This document shows positions 39,511-48,332 of a stretch of 64,000 bases of DNA, piece after piece; position 1 is the stretch's first letter; the number at the start of each line of letters is the position of its first letter. Where the stretch lies: NCBI GenBank assembly GCA_963713925.1, contig OY970212.1:1056001-1120000 (forward strand), given 5' to 3'. A program made the position numbers and the translations under genes. A model generated the notes under the pieces. The model saw nothing but the letters and a program-made list of their open reading frames with translations, searched no databases and was not told where the DNA came from. Origin of the DNA: an uncultured bacterium. Its GTDB lineage: Bacteria; Babelota; Babeliae; Babelales; Vermiphilaceae.

Positions 39511-40128
39511 CTACAATGTTTCTTGATAATATTTTTCAACCATGTCCCAGTTGACCACATTCCACCACGATTCAATATAATCGGGACGCTTGTTTTGATA
39601 TTTGAGATAATAAGCATGCTCCCAAACATCAAGCCCGAGTAGCGGTGTGAGATCTTTCATAATAGGACAATCTTGATTTGGAGTTGCGCTGACTGAAAGC
39701 GTTCCTTTTTGATCGACGCACAACCATGCCCATCCGGAACCAAACACAGTCTTTGCATGCGCTGAAAATTGTTCTTTAAACGCATCAAAACTACCAAACG
39801 TTTTCACAATTGCTTGCTCAATTTTTCCAACCGGTTTCTTTTTTGAGTCCCGTGTTAAAACTGTCCAAAAGAAAGTGTGATTCCAATGACCTCCGCCATG
39901 ATTTCTCACCGCAAGTTGAATATCTTGCGGAAGATCAATCAACCCTGCAAGTAGTTCCTCTAATTGCACTGAATACAAAGCAGGATATCTCTCAACTGCT
40001 TTATTGAGGTTATCAATATAGGCCTGATGATGCTTGGTATAATGGATTTCCATCGTCTTTGCATCAATGTGTGGTTCAAGGGCATTATATGCATATTCTA
40101 ATTTTGGTAAGCTGTATGGATAATTCAT
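39511..40128 (-). CDS. sodA: Fe/Mn superoxide dismutase
   Basis: HYTKHH, NHGGGHWNH, FGSGWAW, DVWEHAYY. Confidence 0.93.
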   Translation of the reverse strand: MNYPYSLPKLEYAYNALEPHIDAKTMEIHYTKHHQAYIDNLNKAVERYPALYSVQLEELLAGLIDLPQDIQLAVRNHGGGHWNHTFFWTVLTRDSKKKPVGKIEQAIVKTFGSFDAFKEQFSAHAKTVFGSGWAWLCVDQKGTLSVSATPNQDCPIMKDLTPLLGLDVWEHAYYLKYQNKRPDYIESWWNVVNWDMVEKYYQETL

Positions 40129-40183
40129 TGTCTGACCTTATTTTTTTTGAAATTTGAAAAAACTAATATGATTTATGTTTACA

Positions 40184-40465
40184 TTAATCGATCAAATAAA
40201 TTCTGTCACCCTCTCGAGCCATTTGCAATTGCTCACGAGCTATTTTTTCCTTAAAAAATGATGTTTCTGCCAGCCGCTTGTTTTGCACGCGCAATACGGC
40301 AATCTCTTTTTCAAGCGTTTCGATTTCGCCGCGCACTCCTCTAATTTCCGAGTGCAATGCCGATAGGCTATATAATCCGTCCGGCCCAAAAGAATAAAAA
40401 ATAATAAATGCAGCTACCTCAAGACCGAAAACGATTCGAAACAATTTTTTCTTTGTTATGTTCAT
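40184..40465 (-). CDS. Septum formation initiator (FtsB/DivIC family)
   Basis: TM helix + GPDGL + coiled coil + EKIAREQLQM. Confidence 0.8.
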   Translation of the reverse strand: MNITKKKLFRIVFGLEVAAFIIFYSFGPDGLYSLSALHSEIRGVRGEIETLEKEIAVLRVQNKRLAETSFFKEKIAREQLQMAREGDRIYLID

Positions 40466-40714
40466 ATGATCTCCTCTTTTACCCAAGCTTCTATACCCCA
40501 ATTTCACTTTGTTCCAATTGGGACCTCATTAACGTTGGAACTTTAATTTTACCAAGCTTCATCTTGCACTTCGTAGTTGTCCTGACAGCGAAGTCGTTAC
40601 ACTTCAAATTAATGATTTCAACTGATCAGAAGCAAGTGTTGCCCCCAACCATTGGTTATGAGCAGGTCAGCATGCTAAGCTTTCATCACAAAGAAAAAAT
40701 TTTAAGGAGTCGTA

Positions 40715-42202
40715 ATGAAAAATATGAAACATATAATTCTTATATTCGGTATGAGCTGTCTTACTTTACAAACATACGCCGGACTCCAAAAGACCGTTGA
40801 AAAAACGGATGCCGCAAGCGCAACGCAATCATTTGATGACATTGTGTATGAAGGGTTAAAAACCCTTTCACAAGTGATGGGTATGACTAAAAATCGACAT
40901 TACAAAATTAAAGATCTTGAAAAGTGTATGAACAAAGCAATTGATGGTTTCATGCATCAGCTCGACCCTCACTCAAGCTTCTTAGATCAAAAAACATACA
41001 AGCGAATGATGGAAGCAACGAGTGGCGAATTTTGTGGAGCCGGCATCGTCATTGATAACACCCGATCGGCTAAAGATAATATGCTTCTTATTATCGACAC
41101 TATCTCTGGTGGACCGGCTGATAAAGTGGGCATGAAATCGCTTGATAAAATTATTGAAATTGATGGAGAATCGCTGGATGGCATGAGCACTGATGAGGCT
41201 ATGGTTAAAATTAAAGGAGAAAGAAACACGACCGTTACGCTCAAAGTCTTGCGCGAAGGCCAGCAAGACCCGCTCTCCTTTGTTATTACTCGTGACACCG
41301 TCAAAGAGCAAAACTCACTATGCTTCCAAATTGATGATCATGGCATTTACTATCTTTCATTGACCAGCTTCACGGACCTAGCGCTCAAACAAATTGAAAG
41401 TTTGCTGAAAAAATCCCAAGAAAAAAAATATCGCGCACTTATTCTTGATCTGAGAAACAATTCGGGCGGATTGCTTACCTCAGTTATCGACATAGCAGGA
41501 CTTTTCCTTGAAAAAGGAAGCTTGGTTGTCAGCATTAAAGATAAGAATAACAAAGTGACCGCGGAGCACAGAACAACACGAGAGCCGATTCACACCGATA
41601 CACCTATTTTCGTGTTAATTAACAACTACACCGCATCCGCAGCCGAAATTTTATCCGGATGTCTCAAAATTCACTCAGAACAACAAGAACGGGGCGGCAA
41701 AAAACTGATGGTCTTTTTAGTAGGTTCAAAAACATTTGGTAAAGGATCAGTGCAAGACGTGATTCCAATTGGAAACAATTGTGCTATTAAAATCACTGAA
41801 TCGCTCTATTTTTTACCCAATGACACTTGCATTCAAGCGCAGGGCATCACACCTGATTTTGAAATTGAAAAAATGTATCCACCGACAGAACAAATGATTT
41901 GGTTTAAAAAATTCTATGGCTCCGAATCTGCTTCGGAAAACCATATTCCAAACCCGCTTGTTCCTGAAGAAAAGAAGGATAAAAAACCTGCAAAAGATGA
42001 AAAACTTTCTTGGTCAGAAAAGACAAAGAAAAATCTCGAGACTGATAATCAACTTCGCGAGACAATCACCTTAATTAATATTTATCACATGGGGCTCACC
42101 TGCAATGCACACGCCATGGCCACGAGAAAAGGTGCGCTCGAATTTATGAATAATATTCACGTGAGCAACAAGCCATTGAATTTGGTTGAAGTAAAGAACT
42201 GA
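40715..42202 (+). CDS. S41 carboxy-terminal processing protease (CtpA-like)
   Basis: LDPHS, PDZ domain, LILDLRNNSGG, TASAAEI, TFGKGSVQ. Confidence 0.92.
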   Translation: MKNMKHIILIFGMSCLTLQTYAGLQKTVEKTDAASATQSFDDIVYEGLKTLSQVMGMTKNRHYKIKDLEKCMNKAIDGFMHQLDPHSSFLDQKTYKRMMEATSGEFCGAGIVIDNTRSAKDNMLLIIDTISGGPADKVGMKSLDKIIEIDGESLDGMSTDEAMVKIKGERNTTVTLKVLREGQQDPLSFVITRDTVKEQNSLCFQIDDHGIYYLSLTSFTDLALKQIESLLKKSQEKKYRALILDLRNNSGGLLTSVIDIAGLFLEKGSLVVSIKDKNNKVTAEHRTTREPIHTDTPIFVLINNYTASAAEILSGCLKIHSEQQERGGKKLMVFLVGSKTFGKGSVQDVIPIGNNCAIKITESLYFLPNDTCIQAQGITPDFEIEKMYPPTEQMIWFKKFYGSESASENHIPNPLVPEEKKDKKPAKDEKLSWSEKTKKNLETDNQLRETITLINIYHMGLTCNAHAMATRKGALEFMNNIHVSNKPLNLVEVKN

Positions 42203-42457
42203 GCTTCCGCTCCCCGCGGTGGGGCAAGAGAACATTTGTCCCCTGCGCGGGGACAAGCGCCAAAAGGGGTTTCGTGACCCCTTTTGGAATACGCACGCTT
42301 AAGACTACGTCTTAATAATCCCTTCTTTCGTTTCAAACCTCGACACACACAATTTCTCCGAAATTGCTTCGGTCTCGTGAAACTACCTGACTTCTTTTCT
42401 TTATCGTAGACACTTTTGAAACAATAGCCCTATTGCGAGAAAAAAGCTTGTTCTTCT

Positions 42458-42553
42458 GTTCGTGGTGAGCGGCTTGTTCTACGAAGCTTTAGCGAAGTTG
42501 AAAGCATTAGCGCAGTCGAACCATCCTGATCAGACGTAGCCTTGGCGAAGTCT
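42458..42553. repeat. Family-D repeat with a nested family-A-like hairpin, followed by a family-A hairpin
   Basis: gttcgtggtgagcg...gtcgaaccat (42458-42524); agacgtagccttggcgaagtct (42532-42553). Confidence 0.75.
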
Positions 42554-42666
42554 ATACGAACTTCTTTTCTAATCTCCGGAATATAATAGTTTCCCAATAG
42601 GTCTTTTGATTGCCATCTGCATTTCTTGACGATCAATCGGAGTCAAGCAGCTCATGAATTCACTTG

Positions 42667-43161
42667 CTACCAGTTTCTTATGAACATAAATAAGGCCATC
42701 GCAGCCATTAATACATCTTCAAAAAGTGTTACATAGGTCATCGGTATTTTAAACACCGTTCCCAGGCATGCACACATGATTGTTTGCTTTTTTCTTAATT
42801 CATTGGCAACACCTAACGCACTGGTAATCATGAGTACGCATGTTATTATATTAGTAACATTCAGCTGCCAACGAACAAGATATGCTAAACCTAAAAAAAG
42901 CTCTATAAATGGGTAGAGATATGCGTATACCCTACTTCTTTGCGCAATGAGATCATACATTGAATAAGCTTCTGCAAAATTATTTAAATTGATGATTTTA
43001 AAAAAGCTAAAGACAATGAAAAAAGCTGCCATAAAATCATACATCGCATGCTCTAGATTAAATCCAATAAATAGTTGTCTCGCGATCACAAATAAAATAA
43101 TTATTGAAAAAATAACGAGTAACGGAAGAAAATCACGCACTGTATATCGTTGATTATTCAT
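42667..43161 (-). CDS. MauE/DoxX-like membrane protein
   Basis: FAEAYSMYDL, YPFIEL, CACLGT...TLFED. Confidence 0.75.
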   Translation of the reverse strand: MNNQRYTVRDFLPLLVIFSIIILFVIARQLFIGFNLEHAMYDFMAAFFIVFSFFKIINLNNFAEAYSMYDLIAQRSRVYAYLYPFIELFLGLAYLVRWQLNVTNIITCVLMITSALGVANELRKKQTIMCACLGTVFKIPMTYVTLFEDVLMAAMALFMFIRNW

Positions 43162-43186
43162 TACAATCTCCTTACCTTTTCAAGCT

Positions 43187-43756
43187 TTAAACTATGCCCA
43201 ATTCCTCTACTATGTGATAGCCATCTGACTTTACTCCAAACAGATTGAATGGAATTAAATTCATAAGGTGGCCACACATATAGCTCATAGAAAAGTTTTC
43301 AAAGAAATAGGGTGAGGGAAGTATTCCTGCTAACAAAAGCGAAGTTGATGCGCCGGCAACAGGCCCCGCCGCAGCGCAGAGAATCTCCTGTTTTCTCTCC
43401 ATGTACTCGTTTGCTATGCATACTGAATAGAACGATGGTATTGGATTTATATCAAAGGAAGGGAATGGAGTTTTTTCTTCTTCACCTAGTTGCTGCTGCT
43501 GCACTCTTAATGCTTTGCGATTCCTGTCAATGCTCTTTTGATTTGCATTAATAACTATTCGGGAAGGAATATCGTTAAACCAATACACTAATGCGTGCCC
43601 TAATTCATGGGCAATAGATGTGATCATATGATTGGTATAAAAAAGAACTAAATCGTGAGTAAGCTTTCCAAAAGATGCAAGCTTCTCTAAAGGACGAGAT
43701 TGGATAGGTGTTCCGAGAAAAACTATCGATAATAAAAAGATTGTTTTTTTAAGCAT
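43187..43756 (-). CDS. M50-family (site-2-like) zinc metalloprotease
   Basis: HELGH, AAGP, NLIPF...SDG. Confidence 0.75.
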   Translation of the reverse strand: MLKKTIFLLSIVFLGTPIQSRPLEKLASFGKLTHDLVLFYTNHMITSIAHELGHALVYWFNDIPSRIVINANQKSIDRNRKALRVQQQQLGEEEKTPFPSFDINPIPSFYSVCIANEYMERKQEILCAAAGPVAGASTSLLLAGILPSPYFFENFSMSYMCGHLMNLIPFNLFGVKSDGYHIVEELGIV

Positions 43757-43838
43757 TCATTCCCTCATTGAGCGTGACAAATTAAATCAGGTATCCATCA
43801 AAACATGCAATGGATCAATTATGCTCGAGTTTTTCCTT

Positions 43839-45683
43839 TTACTCAATAGTCAACGATTTAGCCAAATTCCTTGGCCGATCAATAGGTCTGCCCAGTTTCA
43901 ACGCAACTTGGTAGACAATAAACTGCATCAACCCAGTCATAACAAGCGGAGTGAGCAATGGATCAATAGTCGGAATAGTAAATGTGACATCTGAAAGGCT
44001 TTCGAGCTCATGCTGGCCTTCAAGCGCAAAGGAAATAACATACCCTTTACGCGCTTTTACTTCCTGCACATTTGAGACCAATTTTTGATAAATGAGTGGG
44101 TCAGCGTGTGAGAATACGATGATGGGAGTCACTGAGTCAACCAATGCCAATGGCCCATGTTTGAGCTCTCCTGCCGGATAACTTTCGGCAAAGATATAGG
44201 AAATTTCTTTTAATTTGAGCGCTGCTTCTTGCGCCAGTGGATAGCTGTTATGTCGCCCCAAAAATATGACATTTTTAAGCGGAGCTAAAATTGCAGCAAA
44301 TTCTGAAATTACAAAATCTTTGTGTTGATGGATCACATTTTCAAGCAATTCAGAGACAACCAAAAGCTCATTTACTTTTTGATCGCTGTGCGCACGAGAA
44401 AGCTGACTGCGTTTGCATGCCATTTCAATCGCAAGCCAATATAATGAAGCTACTTGCGTCGTGAATGCTTTTGTGGAAGCAACGGCAACTTCTTGTCCAG
44501 CACGGGTGACGATAGTGCCACGCACTTCACGCGCTATCGAGCTTGAAGCAACATTGGTTAACCCAAGCGTTGGCAACCGATGACTAGAGACTAAGCGAAG
44601 CGCTTCAAGAGTGTCTGCTGTTTCACCTGATTGAGAAATAAAAATGAAGAGACTATTCTTTGGGGCAAAAAAACGTTGATATCGAAACTCTGATGCCAAA
44701 TGCACAAAGGTCGGAATACCGGTTATGGTCTCAAAAAAATATCGCCCAATTTGTCCGGCATAAAATGATGTCCCACAACCAACCAAATGAATTGATTCGA
44801 CAGACATAAGTTCTTCTTGCGAAATACCTAACTGCGCCAACGCATCTTCACCAAATGATTTGAGCCATGCGACTGTCGCTTGAATTGCACCCTTTTGCTC
44901 AAAAATTTCCTTGAGCATATAGTGCTCATGCCCACCTTTTGACAATTGGGTATTATCCAAAGCGAGTGTAGTAATTGCAGGATGAAGCTCTACACCATTA
45001 GCAGCATACACTTTCAGTCCGGCGTGAGAAACGAGGGCAAAGCACCCTTCACCCAAGAAGATTACTTTATTTGTTTTGTCTGCAAACGCATATGGGTCTG
45101 AAGCCACAAAATATTCATCAATGCCAACACCTATGCAAAGCGGAGATTTGTGCCGAGCAGCCAAGATAAGGTTTGGATATTGTTGAAACATCACCGCAAG
45201 TGCGTATGCGCCTTCAAGCTGAGAAAGCACGCTTACAATAAGTTCAGGAGTTAATTCACCTGATAATAATTTTTGTTCAAACAGATGCGCCACCACCTCG
45301 GTATCTGTCTGTGAATGAAATATATGGCCTTGATCTTTTAATTGAGCTCTCAAATGAGCATGATTTTCAATAATACCATTGTGCATGAGCGCAATAGATT
45401 TTGTGCAATCAAAATGAGGATGCGCATTTTCAAGAGAAAACCCGCCGTGCGACGCCCAGCGGGTATGACCTAAACCGATGTTTCCATCAATAGGATTTTT
45501 TTCAATTTCACGCTCAAGATTCTGAATATTTCCTTCAGCCTTTGCGTAGACAAGCCGCTGGCTTTCTTTATCAAAGCATGCAAAACCTGCCGCATCATAT
45601 CCTCGATATTCTAGGCGAGAGAGAGCTTGCATAATAAGCCCTTTGCTCTTTTTCAAGCCAAGATATCCAAAAACGCTACACAT
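43839..45683 (-). CDS. glmS: Glutamine--fructose-6-phosphate aminotransferase
   Basis: Start MC.. (catalytic Cys), LEYRGYD, GHTRWA, SQSGET, VASTK, ELKHG, PRNLAKS. Confidence 0.95.
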   Translation of the reverse strand: MCSVFGYLGLKKSKGLIMQALSRLEYRGYDAAGFACFDKESQRLVYAKAEGNIQNLEREIEKNPIDGNIGLGHTRWASHGGFSLENAHPHFDCTKSIALMHNGIIENHAHLRAQLKDQGHIFHSQTDTEVVAHLFEQKLLSGELTPELIVSVLSQLEGAYALAVMFQQYPNLILAARHKSPLCIGVGIDEYFVASDPYAFADKTNKVIFLGEGCFALVSHAGLKVYAANGVELHPAITTLALDNTQLSKGGHEHYMLKEIFEQKGAIQATVAWLKSFGEDALAQLGISQEELMSVESIHLVGCGTSFYAGQIGRYFFETITGIPTFVHLASEFRYQRFFAPKNSLFIFISQSGETADTLEALRLVSSHRLPTLGLTNVASSSIAREVRGTIVTRAGQEVAVASTKAFTTQVASLYWLAIEMACKRSQLSRAHSDQKVNELLVVSELLENVIHQHKDFVISEFAAILAPLKNVIFLGRHNSYPLAQEAALKLKEISYIFAESYPAGELKHGPLALVDSVTPIIVFSHADPLIYQKLVSNVQEVKARKGYVISFALEGQHELESLSDVTFTIPTIDPLLTPLVMTGLMQFIVYQVALKLGRPIDRPRNLAKSLTIE

Positions 45684-45787
45684 AAACAAACTCCCCAATA
45701 CAACAAAGTTGTATTGGGGACTCATCAAAAATCAATTTTTTTATAAAAGTCACAAAGCAACTTCGTTGAAAAACTGAAAAAACTAAA

Positions 45788-46378
45788 TTAACGTTTTACG
45801 AATTGGAACTTACGACGAGCTGCTTTTTGACCGTATTTTTTACGTTCTTTCACGCGAGCATCAACAGTCAATAAGTCGTTTTGACGCAATAGTGGTCGCA
45901 ATGTTTCATCTGAAGCAACAAGTGCGCGCGCTATTCCAAGCTTAATTGCACCTGCTTGTGATCCAAGACCACCGCCAACGACGTTTACCAAAACGTCAAC
46001 TTCTGCATTTGGAACAACACGTAATGGAGTTGCAGCTTCAGCACGGTTAATATCAGTATCAAAATAATTGATATGTTCTTTACCATTTACAACGATAAGG
46101 CCGGTTCCTCTTTTGAGCCATACGCGGGCAACAGAAGATTTACGACGACCAACACCATGAGAAACTACTTTTTTGCCCCCTAATTGAGCAAGGGCTGATT
46201 TATAGCTCTTTTTTTCGGTTGGTTTCGCTTTTGGAGTAGCCTTTTTTTCAACCTTTACCGCTTCTTGCGCTGGCTTAGCAGCGGCAGCAGGAGCAGGCTT
46301 TTTAGCTGTTTCTTTTTTTGTTGTTTTTGGAGCAGCTTCAGTAGCTTTTTGAGTCGTTGTTTTGGATTGTTTAATCAT
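45788..46378 (-). CDS. rpsI: 30S ribosomal protein S9 with a Lys/Ala/Pro-rich N-terminal extension
   Basis: GRRKSSVARV, GGG..GQAGA-like, ERKKYG, QFVKR. Confidence 0.95.
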   Translation of the reverse strand: MIKQSKTTTQKATEAAPKTTKKETAKKPAPAAAAKPAQEAVKVEKKATPKAKPTEKKSYKSALAQLGGKKVVSHGVGRRKSSVARVWLKRGTGLIVVNGKEHINYFDTDINRAEAATPLRVVPNAEVDVLVNVVGGGLGSQAGAIKLGIARALVASDETLRPLLRQNDLLTVDARVKERKKYGQKAARRKFQFVKR

Positions 46379-46590
46379 GAATCTTATAAACCTTGTTTGG
46401 GAAACTTTTGTCCTTGAACCCTGTCTTGTATATGATAGGGGCAGGAATAAAAAATGTCAAAGTGCCACTTTGTTTAAAACTTTGTCTATCGGGTTACATT
46501 TTTACCCAATCTACCGAGGTCTCGATCGGAACATAACTGCGCATTGATCTAGAATTATTAATAATTCTACCTTATCGGGCGAAGTCTGGC

Positions 46591-46674
46591 CCGTCGTCGC
46601 TCTTCGAGCTATGCCGGACATGGCCGTGCCAGGCGTAGCTTGCCGAGGCTGAAGCCCCGGATAAGCGAAGCCTG
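46591..46674. repeat. Family-B plus family-A palindromes downstream of the GIY-YIG gene
   Basis: ccgtcgtcgctcttcgagctatgccggaca; gtgccaggcgtagc...gcgaagcctg. Confidence 0.75.
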
Positions 46675-46678
46675 TTTT

Positions 46679-46921
46679 TCATAATAATCTTTTATGCATA
46701 AATGCTTTTCCTGAATGCGACTTTAAATATTTTTCAAACTCTAAGGCTTTAGATTTTGTCATAAAACTACAATGCCAGACCATGCGCCATGGTTTAAACG
46801 CTGATGTGTATTCTGAGTCTCCAGCATTATGCGCTTTAAGCCGAGTCTTTAGGTCTGTCGTATAACCTACGTACATCACCTCAGGAAAATGCATCGATTG
46901 AATTATATAGGTGTAATACAT
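46679..46921 (-). CDS. Standalone GIY-YIG endonuclease
   Basis: YTYII...YVGYT.DL..RL..HN.G...T...KPW...A..FE.YLK. Confidence 0.92.
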   Translation of the reverse strand: MYYTYIIQSMHFPEVMYVGYTTDLKTRLKAHNAGDSEYTSAFKPWRMVWHCSFMTKSKALEFEKYLKSHSGKAFMHKRLL

Positions 46922-46942
46922 AAAGGATTTCTACTGTTCCAG

Positions 46943-47085
46943 CCCGTGCTACGCATTTACTCCGAAGTAAACCCAGAGGAAGTGTTAAGCTTCGCAGGGC
47001 AGGCTTCGCATCGTGCTTTCAATGTATATCTTACTACCTTAGCTGCTGGCTGTGCCAGGCGTAGCCCTTTACGGGCGAAGCCTGG
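46943..47085. repeat. Family-A palindromes between the GIY-YIG gene and tRNA-Thr
   Basis: gctacgc...gcttcgcagggc (46943-47003); gtgccaggcgtagccctttacgggcgaagcctgg (47052-47085), sharing the tRNA CCA. Confidence 0.75.
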
Positions 47086-47158
47086 AGCCGATGATCGGAT
47101 TTGAACCGACGACCTATTGATTACGAATCAATCGCTCTACCAGCTGAGCTACATCGGC
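47083..47158 (-). tRNA. tRNA-Thr(CGT)
   Basis: GCCGATG acceptor, ATTGA-TT-CGT-AA-TCAAT anticodon arm, TTCAAAT, CCA end. Confidence 0.95.
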
Positions 47159-47223
47159 AGGAAATGTTATACACTCGACTATTTTAGCCGATAAGCCTGT
47201 TTAAATCAAAATTATCAAAAATT

Positions 47224-47598
47224 TTACAGCCCACCGCCACCTGATTCTTCATATGCTTCCTGACACGAAATACACCGGGTTGCATTTGGGAATGATTTGA
47301 GCCGTTTGGCCGAAATAGGCTGCCCACAATCTACACACACCCCATAAGTGCCATTTTCAATCATTTCCAACGCTTTCACGATGCGATGCAACTCGCTTAT
47401 CTTGCTATCTTGCAATGAGCTTCGCAAGCTTTCCATCGTTGAGGTTAATGCTTGGTCACCCGGGTCTTGCACCTCATCATCGGCAAACTTTTCTTGGTGC
47501 AGTGAACTCATTTCGGATTCAAGCTCAAGCTTTCGAGCCAGAAGCTCTTGCTTCACTTGGGCTAGGTCAAAACCTGCCCCTTTTTTTGCTTCACTCAC
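47224..47598 (-). CDS. DksA/TraR family C4 zinc-finger protein
   Basis: DPGDQA coiled-coil tip, GTYGVCVDCG.PI...RL...P....CISC. Confidence 0.9.
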   Translation of the reverse strand: MSEAKKGAGFDLAQVKQELLARKLELESEMSSLHQEKFADDEVQDPGDQALTSTMESLRSSLQDSKISELHRIVKALEMIENGTYGVCVDCGQPISAKRLKSFPNATRCISCQEAYEESGGGGL

Positions 47599-48070
47599 TC
47601 AAAATCCTTCTCTCTTTGAAAAACGCCCGCAAGAGATCTGCTGATTCTTTCGAGCATACGCCTTCTATTATTACAATCGTATCATCTTTGTATAACTGAT
47701 AGCCTATAGAGTTGTCAAGACGATATCCAAAAACCGGAGATGCAGCTGCAAATACGATTCCTGTAATACGGCTTAAACGAGCAAGCGCCATACACATGAC
47801 GCATGGCTCCAGCGTAACGTACAACCAACAACCTTCGAGCCTCCAATCTTTGCGAGCCTCGCTTGCAGCCTTCAAGGCCATCATTTCAGCATGATAGAGC
47901 TGGCAATGGGATTGCTCAACCTTATTATAGGCGCGAGCAATAACAACACCGCTTGCATCAACTACTATCGCCCCGATAGGCACTTCCTTTTCAAGCGAGG
48001 CCTGACGAGCAAGCTCAAGCGCTTCTCGCATCAGACGCTCATCGAATTCACGACCGAATGTGCTATACAT
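47591..48070 (-). CDS. tadA: tRNA adenosine deaminase
   Basis: EVPIGA, HAE, TLEPCVMC. Confidence 0.85.
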   Translation of the reverse strand: MYSTFGREFDERLMREALELARQASLEKEVPIGAIVVDASGVVIARAYNKVEQSHCQLYHAEMMALKAASEARKDWRLEGCWLYVTLEPCVMCMALARLSRITGIVFAAASPVFGYRLDNSIGYQLYKDDTIVIIEGVCSKESADLLRAFFKERRILSE

Positions 48071-48332
48071 GGAAAATAACCCCCGACTTTTACCCCACCA
48101 TCGCGCCCGCGCCTTCATGTGCCCCCACTGGTTTGGAGATTCTGCGTATTGGTAGAAAATATATTGTGATAAGATATACTTATGGTATAGAAATTGAGAA
48201 TACAGAATTTTTTAAGAAAAATAAAAAGCCCCCCAATAAATTACCCATGTTACGCATAAGCATAACTTGGGGCCCAATAAGGCGCATGGAACAATGGGTG
48301 ATTTTTCTATTCATTAAGCCCAGGAGATTGCA

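Noticed and set aside
42201..42420. RNase P RNA, tmRNA or 6S RNA
   Set aside because: No GAGGAAAGTCC or tRNA-like ends, and no single long rod with a central bubble was seen; kept only as an unexplained structure
45684..45728. 15-codon N-terminal extension of glmS
   Set aside because: GlmS needs Cys directly after the initiator Met; the extension is a family-C palindrome
46679..46921. GIY-YIG as an intron-encoded homing endonuclease
   Set aside because: No interrupted host gene or group I core seen; tRNA-Thr is intact and the protein lacks extra DNA-binding domains
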